This document shows, one piece after another, positions 10,218-18,992 of a stretch of 18,992 bases of DNA. The position numbers and the translations under genes were made by a program. Position 1 is the stretch's first letter. The number at the start of each line of letters is the position of its first letter. Under the pieces are notes generated by a model. That model saw only the letters and a list, made by a program, of their open reading frames with translations, made no database searches and was not told the DNA's origin. This DNA comes from Ginkgo biloba (Eukaryota > Plantae > Ginkgophyta), in NCBI GenBank assembly GCA_024626585.2, contig JANKJI020000004.1, positions 167,298,053-167,317,044 of the forward strand, read 5' to 3'.

Positions 10218-10766
10218 GGATCCAGAGCTAAGGGAAAAAAAAACAAAGGGAGAAGCAAATGGGGTCCTATTCTAAAAGGGGGACTCCTTTGTATAGATCT
10301 GAAGCACAGTTGTATTTTTATTATTTTCTTCTTTTATGTTCTTCCCAACCACTTATGGGAGGGCTCTTTTATAACCAGACAAGAACTGTTATGAATAAAA
10401 TAATATGTTATAGTATCATTTCCTTTGTGCATCTTTTGCTTTAAATGGATAGTATGATTTAGTGTTTTAAGTTATTATATCTGATATTCATTTGAATCCA
10501 ACTTATTCTTTATTTATTTATTTTGTTAAGTACTAAGGTGATCATGAACATCTTATGATTCCTTGGGGTTTATGAGTATAGAGATTGAGCCTATCTATCC
10601 TATAACTCAAAATCGGTGAGGTTATGGTATCTAGATAAGTGCGGATGTACGCCAATAATCCGTAATNNNNNNNNNNNNNNNNNNNNNNNNNNNNNNNNNN
10701 NNNNNNNNNNNNNNNNNNNNNNNNNNNNNNNNNNNNNNNNNNNNNNNNNNNNNNNNNNNNNNNNNN

Positions 10767-11199
10767 GCATTTTTTCTTCCCTTTCTGTAGGCCTGTTAAT
10801 CTTGAAACTGCCTGAAAATTGCAGGTTGCACCCATGAAATTGCCTGAAGATGCAGGTTGAACTTTGAAACTGGACTGCATTTGCCTAGTGAAGCTGTTGG
10901 AGATAGGTCAAAGCCTTGAAGCTGTAGGTTGGACCCTGAAATTGTGCAGAAATCACAGAGCAATGTTATTGATAGGCTGAGCCCTTGAAAATTGCTCTGG
11001 ATGCAGACCAAAGGTTAGATTTCGCCAATGAACCCCCTGAATGAGCCATAAATTGCAAGTGACACAAAAATGTTGAGCAGGATTACAATACGATTGTCTG
11101 AGATCCTCAACGAACAGTATTGCAGAGCCAGATTTAAGAGCGAAGATGATGTCCAGGGTGTTTAAATCTAGTTGATGATGCTAGGGGTGTGGTGTTACA
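10767..11199. mobile_element. LTR-terminal segment with degenerate 30-32 bp tandem repeats
   Basis: Ends GGGGTGTGGTGTTACA (reverse TGTAACACC), a common gypsy LTR terminus. Units tgaaa(c/t)tgcctgaa..tgcaggttg at 10803 and 10835, partial at 10865 and about 10914-10944. Confidence 0.5.
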
Positions 11200-11497
11200 T
11201 TTATTGACTTCCCAGTTTGCCAAAATGGGGTCCTTCATCTTCAACGTTCCCTAATTTGTTTGCTCTGGGATCTCACGGCCAATGCTATGCAAGCTGATAT
11301 TTTTCTTCTGCTATACTTTTGGCTTGAGCTTAGCTAATATTTTAACTCAAGTTAATCCAACTCCCATATATGCTTGTCCATCTCCTTTGTTTCTTTGTCA
11401 ACTTCCCTTAGTCATTCATTGATCTCCTTTGATCATTTTATACACTCCTTTGATCATTTGTCAAGCCCCATTGGTTATTTGTTTACTTCTCCTTATA

Positions 11498-12619
11498 TCA
11501 TTCACCTATCTTCTTAGTTCTTAACACCAATAAATTTTCCCCTTCTTCTAGGGCTTCCTCCACACTCAATTCTTCTACTCGAGCCAAATTTGTTGTTAAT
11601 CCTTCTCTTCTCATATACACTTCATCCCTCATTAGATACTCAAATTCTCGATGGCATTTTTCTCCATACATGTAACATGTAAATATCCTCCTTGGAGAAT
11701 TAAACCCCCTACAAATTCTTCTTCCTCTCTACAACACGTAGTCTCCATGTCCTTGATTTTGTTGAAATGATTACTTCAAAAACTTTTTGACTTCATACCT
11801 TTGAAGTTGCCCTCTTAGTTCACCTCTCCATCTCTAAACTTGGGTGTCTTCACCTTTTATGAGAGGCCTCTTCCCTGCATTCCTATCCAACTTATCTTCC
11901 ACTTTCAAAGCCAATTGATAAGCCTCTTCAACAAACATGATTTTATACAAACATAAATCATCTTGAATGGAAAATCTTAGTCCATTCGCATACCTTATTA
12001 TCAGTTGATCCTCACTCTCCTTGTGCTCTACCTGGATGGATAATTTATAAAATTCTTTTGTGTACTCCTGTACATTATGCTCCCTCTACCTAAGTTCTAA
12101 AATTGTCTAAATAGCATATGTCCATAATTACTGATAAGAATTTTTCTCTAAGCTTGGATACCATTTTATTTTATGTCCAAATTTTCTCCTTTCCTCTCCT
12201 CACTCTCTCCTTTTGTAGATGCTCCTACCAAATTGTTGCATGACCTTTTAATCTCATACATGCCAACTTTACCCTTTAGGGTCTTCTATCTCCTCACACT
12301 CAAAATATTTCTCTAAGGCATTAATCTAGTCAAGAAGTTCCTTTGGCTTCAAGCTACCTCCATAATCTAAAATATCCATCTTCAATCCCCCTTACTTACT
12401 CTTCCAAAAATCCATGAACATTGCCTTGGGATTATTTGAATTTTGTTCTTCTCTTTCTTTTGCCTCCTCTTCTAATTCATATTCAAGATATTTTTCAGGT
12501 ATGTTCCTTCGATTATCACATTCCACCTCTTCTAAGCAACTCCTTAGAATTTTTATCTCTCTATAGGCTACTACCAACCCACCTCTAGTAACTCTCCTTT
12601 CCTTTCTCTTCCCTCTCAT
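11498..12619 (-). pseudogene. gag: Ty3/gypsy (CRM-like) gag, decayed
   Basis: LKMDILDYGGSLKPKELLD*INALEKYFE...VKLACMRLKGHATIW*...VQEYTKEFYKL...RYANGLRFSIQD...EAYQLALKVE, a degenerate zinc knuckle CYMYGEKCHREFEY (about 11636-11678), ending EEGENLLVLRT. Confidence 0.9.
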
Positions 12620-12684
12620 TGCAATTTATAATTTCTCAAGTCTTCCTTAACTTCCTTTCATAGTTTTCTCTAGAGCTAACCTAA

Positions 12685-12696
12685 GCTTTGATATCA
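12685..12696 (-). promoter_or_regulatory. Primer binding site, tRNA-iMet (decayed)
   Basis: TGATATCAAAGC vs TGGTATCAGAGC, 2 nt after LTR end GCATCA and upstream of gag. Confidence 0.8.
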
Positions 12697-12698
12697 GA

Positions 12699-13283
12699 TG
12701 ATGCAACCCCTCCTAGGAACATGGATCTACTCCTATATAAGTGTGTGCACAAGTGAAGACTTCACATATAATTGAAAGAGAAAAGACAAAAATAACATGT
12801 ACATAAGAAAATAATTCAAAAATCCAATCATTCATTATATTACATGGAAAAGCAATCTCTTATATTACATTTTCACCCAAAGGGGTTCAAATTATATACA
12901 AGGATTTCTCCCCTCCTCCAAATTGGAGGGAACATATAAACTATAACCATAAGAACCATTGTTTGTCCTATTCTCTACCACACGATGCTCTCCCTCACTA
13001 CTCACTATCTCCGTCCTCCAAATGGTAAACCCTCTAACTGATTCTTGCTTCCTCTATTTTGTAAATGACTGCCAAATCTATCTCATTAGAGGTTCTTTCC
13101 CACTTCTCCTCTCCCCTTATTTGGTCTCATAGACCTATCCTCTTTCCTCTCTTTTCCACTTTGTTGCATGTTGTAGTTTCCTTCTTCCTCATCTTCCAAT
13201 ATACCCTCTTCCCTTTTCCCCCAAAAATTGAAATCCTTTTTTTTCCCTCTTTTCTCAAGTTATTTGATAGAATCCCCCCAAAA
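12699..13283 (-). mobile_element. 5' LTR of the gag-bearing CRM-like element (start lost in gap)
   Basis: CATCA end adjacent to the PBS. Confidence 0.7.
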
Positions 13284-13543
13284 ANNNNNNNNNNNNNNNN
13301 NNNNNNNNNNNNNNNNNNNNNNNNNNNNNNNNNNNNNNNNNNNNNNNNNNNNNNNNNNNNNNNNNNNNNNNNNNNNNNNNNNNNTCTCTCTATGATTCAT
13401 TTCCAACCATCATTTGGCTACCCTCCTTGCCATTCTCCAAACCTTCTCACTGCCACCCAAAACTACTCAAGCTTTCCTTAGTTTTGTTAACTCTCTAGTA
13501 TATCCTTATCTTCCTTCCATAATTTCACATAGATCCAACCTAG

Positions 13544-13555
13544 GATCTGATACCA
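13544..13555 (-). promoter_or_regulatory. Primer binding site, tRNA-iMet
   Basis: TGGTATCAGATC (11/12), 3 nt after LTR end GCATCA, followed by a purine-rich leader (13384-13543). Confidence 0.85.
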
Positions 13556-13558
13556 AGA

Positions 13559-14635
13559 TGATGCAATTGAGTCCCAGGTGCCCATCCAAACTTAACATCA
13601 GGTGCATGTATAGGTGATAAATTTTTAACCCAAATGAGAAAGAACANNNNNNNNNNNNNNNNNNNNNNNNNNNNNNNNNNNNTCTTATTATTAACAAAAC
13701 CTCGTAGGGTAATTAATTATTACACAACTTTAAAATACAAATGGAAAAAACTACAAGACTTTGTCTTCTCTATCTTAGAGATATCAATACAACATACATC
13801 CACTAGAGAATTCCTAGCATTCTCTTTAACTGTTTCCTCAACCAATGACCTTATAATCGAATACCTCTTTCATTATTTATGTCTACATATGAATACCATA
13901 ACCTACTTCCCTCTACTTATCTCCCAAACTCCTTCCCTTTTNNNNNNNNNNCTCAACTTATTATTCTTTGCTCTTTTCCTTCTTCTATGTCGTTCTTATC
14001 TTCTAACCCACCTATCACTTGCCAATATCTAAATCATTTTCTTATTTTCTTGACTCAAACCCTTCACCCCCTTCCCCTTGATCTCCCTTTATGCCTTTGT
14101 AAAATTGGTTATTCTCTCTTACCTACCTCCAAAGACTCTAGATGGTCATTCCCTCCCAAATCTCTTCCTACCACCATTTCTTCAAAATAGATGGTTGAAT
14201 AATTATTTTATGCATTAAATACTCCCCAAGAAACTTAAATATTATCTATGTAGGTCACGCACTTACCATTAATTATCCTATTTTTAATTTCTCTTTTCTA
14301 TCAAATTTTATTTCCATTATGGGAAAATTACCCATCCATTGACCTATTTTTCCAGTGCTCATCTGTCTCCATCCCTTATGCTCTTTCGTTGGTATCCCTT
14401 TAGGTCATTCATCGAGCTCCCTTTAGCTCGCTCATCGACTTCCCTTACTTGCTCGCCAAAAATTATTTTTCTTATTTTTTTGGCTTTCCTTGCATATTTT
14501 TCAAGTACCTTTTGCCAATTGTTTCATCACCTCATATAAAAAAAAAAATAAGTCGTTCTTCTGTGGCACTTAGCTCGCTTATCCAGAATTGAACCACCAA
14601 CTCACCAAAATTTATGTAAACACTTCTTTCCTATA
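13559..14635 (-). mobile_element. 5' LTR of a second CRM-like element
   Basis: TTGCATCA end next to the PBS. The upstream extent is inferred only up to the gap. Confidence 0.5.
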
Positions 14636-14735
14636 NNNNNNNNNNNNNNNNNNNNNNNNNNNNNNNNNNNNNNNNNNNNNNNNNNNNNNNNNNNNNNNNN
14701 NNNNNNNNNNNNNNNNNNNNNNNNNNNNNNNNNNN

Positions 14736-15023
14736 ACTCCACCTCCTTAATTGAGTAATTAGTGCAACCATAATCTCTTTACTAAGAGAGAGTAACGAGA
14801 CTTAATAGACATGCAATTTAAGTTTATTGTTATATAAGGAGGCTTTAAGAGCCTAGTGGTTATCTTTAAGCTTATTGTAATCTTGTTATCAAGCGCACTA
14901 CAATATTGCTTTTTCAATTTTCTTATGTATTCATTTTGTTTGCTATCAATAAGAGACTGGTCTAATCATCTTTGGCTTATTTTCTGTGTTCTTTTCTTTG
15001 CAAGTAGGAGTTGAATTACTATA
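14736..15023 (+). mobile_element. 3' portion of a 5' LTR
   Basis: TATATAAGG at 14831, T-rich U5, end CTATA (decayed CA) 2 nt before a perfect PBS. Confidence 0.7.
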
Positions 15024-15025
15024 AG

Positions 15026-15037
15026 TGGTATCAGAGC
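15026..15037 (+). promoter_or_regulatory. Primer binding site, tRNA-iMet
   Basis: Perfect TGGTATCAGAGC. Confidence 0.9.
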
Positions 15038-17212
15038 TAAGTTCACCCCCAAATATCAAATGAACGTAGTCATATGTAGTAGTATGGATCTCCTTCGAAT
15101 CTAAAAGGCACCCCAAAAAGTTGTACCTCCTCCCTAGGTTTAAAATTTTGTGGTTATGTTCCTTGTTCATTTTTATTTTGTTCAATTATTATTCAACCCA
15201 TTTTCTCTTTGGGTTTTTCTACCCTGTTGTCCATTGTTATTTTTATTTATTTTATATCCATTGCATCTTCATTCTGTCATTCCTGTGTCTGCAATACATT
15301 TTTATTATCATGCTCCAACTTGTATTTTCTCTCTACTTTATTGTGTATATCTTGTGTTACCCCCGACTGTTCTACATCTTGTTATAACACATAACTGTAA
15401 GAAATCATTTTCGCTCACATATCTAACACCATCAAATCAGGTAGAAAAGTTATTGTCGCACATCAATTCAGGTCATCATTCGATAACCACGCAGATTTCA
15501 ACACAACAAATATGCCCATGTTCTACTATGAAAGCTCTAGTTCAATAAATATTCCTACTCAAAAAATTATTTTAGAGTTATTTGCATTTAGATTTTAAAT
15601 TATGTACCCTAAGTAGGATAAATGGTCAAATTTTGTCGCTCTAAACCTCACAATTGATTTTAGTAGGCCCAAGCAACAAAAAAAAAAAGTTTGGAAAAAT
15701 TTTCAACCATTTTCTAGAGAATGAGATTATGAATAAATTAAAAATTAATGATATGCCATTAAAATAAGTCCCTTAATATACACGAATCAAATGTTTTCCC
15801 CTTTAGAAGGGATAATAGAATGAAATAAAATTGCAACGTGTAGAGTCTAAGTGTCTAATTGCTTAAGCTACACCACTTTGATTAAGACCACAAAACTATT
15901 AAATGGTATAGGTGGTAGGATTTGTCAAAGTAGAAAAAGCTTCTAACTTTCAACCATATGTGGCTCAAGCAATAAATACTCCTAGTAAATGATTAGTGGG
16001 CCCTTAAACCCTTTCCTTAGTTGCATTACATCCTTACTCTCTCCTTATCTGTATAAAAAGAGGCCAAAAGAAAGGTGACAAAGGCTCAAACCAATAGATT
16101 AACCTTTATTGTTGATTGCCTCTAGAAGCATTAGCTCTCAAATAAGTCGGTGGTCATACTTAATGGCCTTCAATGGGATTAAGCTTAAAAAATATTTAAT
16201 GATAACATAGACAAATGAATATATCTAAATTTACTAATTATGTAACTAACTAGTAGATTCCATTAATGCTTACGCTTAAGTTGAGATTATCATGTTAGTT
16301 GTCGCTTTAAGAACTCCTGAAAACCTCCTTACTAGTTGCCCTAAATTCTTTGGTATTAGTGGATTGCATGCACCACTCCTTGATAAATAATAATCAAAAG
16401 TAATTTTTAAAAAGTTATCTCTATTATTTATTAAAATGGGATCATTCTTTCAAGTTGTATTACCCATTCCATTTCCACAACATCATAAGCCCTAATGTCA
16501 CATATGTATGCACTTAATATACCACAAAAATTTCCACATCTTTCATAGGAGGAAGCCCATGGAATTCCCTCTTAGTTCTCACACCATAACATTGACAATA
16601 AAATCCCACATGATAATGGTCACATTTATTACTTCGAACCTTATGACGCCCATCTTATTTATCCTCGAGCTATGTGACTCTTGTTGGGCAAGTGGTTGAC
16701 CATTCTTAGAGGGTGCACATAAAGGCCTCATGAAGGCATGCATGGTCCAATAAGGAACAAGGAAATGTAAATATTTGTGGGAAATCCACGGGTGAGATCT
16801 CAACCTCATTTCTTTCCTTGCTTATTTTATTGTGTGAAATTCAAAGAGTAACCACGATTTGGCCCTCCTTTCTCCGTTTTCATCACATAAAAAAATTGTT
16901 TGTTCTCCTTCACTTCACAACGTAAAGGCAAACAACAAGGTCATTAGGATTAGTGCACTGCAATGATAATAAAATTGGCAGATGTAAACGTTTGGCACGA
17001 GCAATAATTGTCTGCTTGGAAATAATATCAGGAAGAACATGGGTAATTTATTGTGGTGAAGGTAAAGGAAGAAGCTAAAGGGAAACGAACAGGAAGCAGC
17101 CATTTATTCTGCTTTTCGGAGAGGTTGGTTTTGTTTGTTAGTGCCTGATACTTCTCCCTTACATTATAATTAAATGTATGGTCTTATTTTTTATTCCTAT
17201 AGCTCTAAATTA

Positions 17213-17932
17213 TATTAAAATCCTCTAATAATGTCCAAAATACCTTATAGGATCTCCTCCATCCACTTCTAGAGTCATATACTTCCTTTTAGATCATTGG
17301 GTACATAAATAGAGGCCACTCCAAAAATTTTACCCTATCCTAACACAGAGACCCAGGAANNNNNNNNNNNNNNNNNNNAGGATCTAGTTGTTCTCTTTCG
17401 CACTCTCCCTTTCCACTAATGATCATCCAATAATGAGGTACCACCTTTCATTATATATGACCTATAATGGTATAATTTGCATCCTCCAAATATAGTATCG
17501 GTCTCTATGCAACTTATCTCTTATAACTTTCACCTCTTGCAATCAAATAATTTTGGTTTTTTCTTATCATTCCTTATCCTCCTAATAGTTACTCTTATAT
17601 ATCCAAAAAATAATCTCATATGTATTAATAATTGATTTTTAATCATTGATTTATTCTCTCATATAAGGATGAGCTAAGTTCCATAATAGCATCTCTATAT
17701 AAAATTATTTAATTCATGCATACTATACATTATTTTAAAATTAGGATTTATTTTTTGATGTAAGATGTTCTCCTATATGCATGTGAATCTTTATATTATA
17801 TAAGAATAATATAGTAATAAAAATAACTATTATAGGAAAGGATAAATAAGGAAACATTATGTGTAGATTTATTCCTATGGTCATAGCCCCTTTTATAATC
17901 AGGCCTTGACACAAGCAATGAAGTTATTAACA
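17213..17932 (-). mobile_element. Ty1/copia 3' LTR
   Basis: TGTTAA start right after the PPT TTGAGGGGAG (17933-17942), with a TATATAA-like box near 17451-17458. The end is tentatively TTAATA at 17213. Confidence 0.5.
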
Positions 17933-18660
17933 CTCCCCTCAAGGAGCAAGGTGGATTAATGATTTTAAATTTTATCCCTCTCACCTTATGATAACTCCAT
18001 CTATTAAAAATCATGTCATCCTGCATAAAACAAGTCATAACACCACCATAACAAATTTGAATTTGGGAAGCTTTGAATTTTCTCTCTAAGGAGAACATTC
18101 ACAGTGCGAGGTAATCTACTTGTAAAAGTATTGGGAGAAATACATCACTAGGAAGAATCTAGACTAAGAAATATTTTCCACAATATATGATGGGTGGAAA
18201 CATAACCTTGAGTACTTACTTTCAGAAAGGTATAGGGTATTGGTGTATGCACAAGCTTCAGTGTTATACTCGCCTTACCCTATTATAGTTGAGAAGTTTC
18301 GCAAGGGCATGAAATTGATCCAAAAGAAGAAGCCCATCAAGTGGAGAGGGATGTCATTATCCAAAGGCTCTACCAGGCCCAGAAGGGACAAAACTCTGGA
18401 GTAAGTCTAATGGCTTCATCATAAACAGAATGACCCACAAAAAGGCCAAGTGGGCCCCAAGGATTCCAACCAGAAGATTGATTTGTTTGGAGGCCAACAC
18501 TTATATAAGTTATTAATGGACAACCATAACTAATTTGTTTATGGATTATAGGGTATTTTCCCTTAATTGTAAAATAGTCACCTTTCAAGCTTCTTGGAGA
18601 GCCAATTAAATATGTACTTCAATAAATCTCCAAACTCCCTTTTCCTAGGTGAAAAATGCT
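17933..18660 (-). pseudogene. Ty1/copia RT end / RNase H, very decayed, with PPT
   Basis: Collinear remnants across frames: GEYNTEACA (AEY), PPIIYCG (xYCDN), REKIQ, and KFKIINPPCSLRG running into the PPT. Confidence 0.55.
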
Positions 18661-18676
18661 CCTTCACTCACTAAGG

Positions 18677-18727
18677 GAGGAAAAAGACACCGAGGAAGGA
18701 AGAAGACACTGAGGAAGGAAAAACATT
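18677..18727. repeat. Purine-rich short tandem repeat, about 3 degenerate units
   Basis: gaggaaaaagacacc / gaggaaggaagaagacact / gaggaaggaaaaacatt. Confidence 0.6.
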
Positions 18728-18992
18728 AAAGGAGGAAAAGGAACCTAGGAGTGGCAAGTTGTTCGTGGTGGTCTTGATATAATAAGGGAGGCTCCAAATG
18801 ATCAAGTAGAGTGCATAATGATCAAGGGGTCCATGCCTCCATTGAAGTATATTTAAAGAATGTGTGCTAAGGAGAGGCAATATACTCCTAGTAGATTTTT
18901 ATAGTCCTAATATGATAAGGGAGGAAAAATAATCCAGGAGAGTGCACAACCCTTGAGGGGCCCATGGCACCGCTAACTAAGATTTAAAACAC

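Larger units (their letters stand above)
8563..10666 (+). mobile_element. Long-LTR family, copy A (at least about 2 kb if contiguous across the gaps)
   Basis: TGTTG start abutting the LINE, homology to 2425-3365, TATATAA at 10211, AATAAA at 10394 and a T-rich U5-like tail. No PPT upstream, so it is a 5' or solo LTR. Continuity over the 100-N gap at 9463-9562 is unproven. Confidence 0.55.

Noticed and set aside
10662-10666. GTAAT matching the 5 bp before the LTR start at 8563 (possible TSD)
   Set aside because: It is not preceded by a CAACA-like LTR end and abuts a gap.
3366-12619. gag, integrase and protease as one element
   Set aside because: The protease lies downstream of the integrase's 3' LTR, which is the wrong order. 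No RT links gag to integrase.
13065-15548. Several 100-138 aa F/L/S-rich ORFs
   Set aside because: Low-complexity pyrimidine-rich LTR or leader sequence with no protein motifs.
16603-16613. ATCCCACATGA resembling the plant snRNA USE
   Set aside because: No properly spaced TATA box and no snRNA or telomerase RNA sequence downstream.
16866-17124. Loose foldback whose 5' arm recalls miR395*
   Set aside because: No mature miR395 sequence. The pairing is discontinuous pyrimidine/purine complementarity, expected by chance.
18730-18992. Possible copia integrase remnant (ALYLI resembling AVYLINR)
   Set aside because: Too few residues match to support a call.

Overview
AT-rich eukaryotic DNA, almost certainly land plant (the element types are compatible with a large gymnosperm-like genome, which is inference). 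The assembly is fragmented, with many 100-N joins and several short N runs. No intact host gene, rRNA, tRNA or CRISPR array is visible. The window is a nested graveyard of decayed retroelements. It holds CRM-like Ty3/gypsy pieces (gag, protease, integrase plus chromodomain, two tRNA-iMet PBS/LTR junctions), an L1-type LINE ORF1, a Ty1/copia RT/RNase H end with its LTR, an Athila-type short LTR and two inverted copies of a long-LTR family. The best leads are: (1) a clean coiled-coil ORF apparently inside the U3 of the long LTR; (2) a short LTR flanked by both an Athila-type PPT and a tRNA-Asp PBS, suggesting a tandem or TRIM-like arrangement; (3) a cluster of hairpins at 1.17-1.41 kb; (4) a gag with no protease after it; (5) a possible isolated host exon. 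I cannot show that any of these is a new biological system. Any claim crossing an N gap is provisional.
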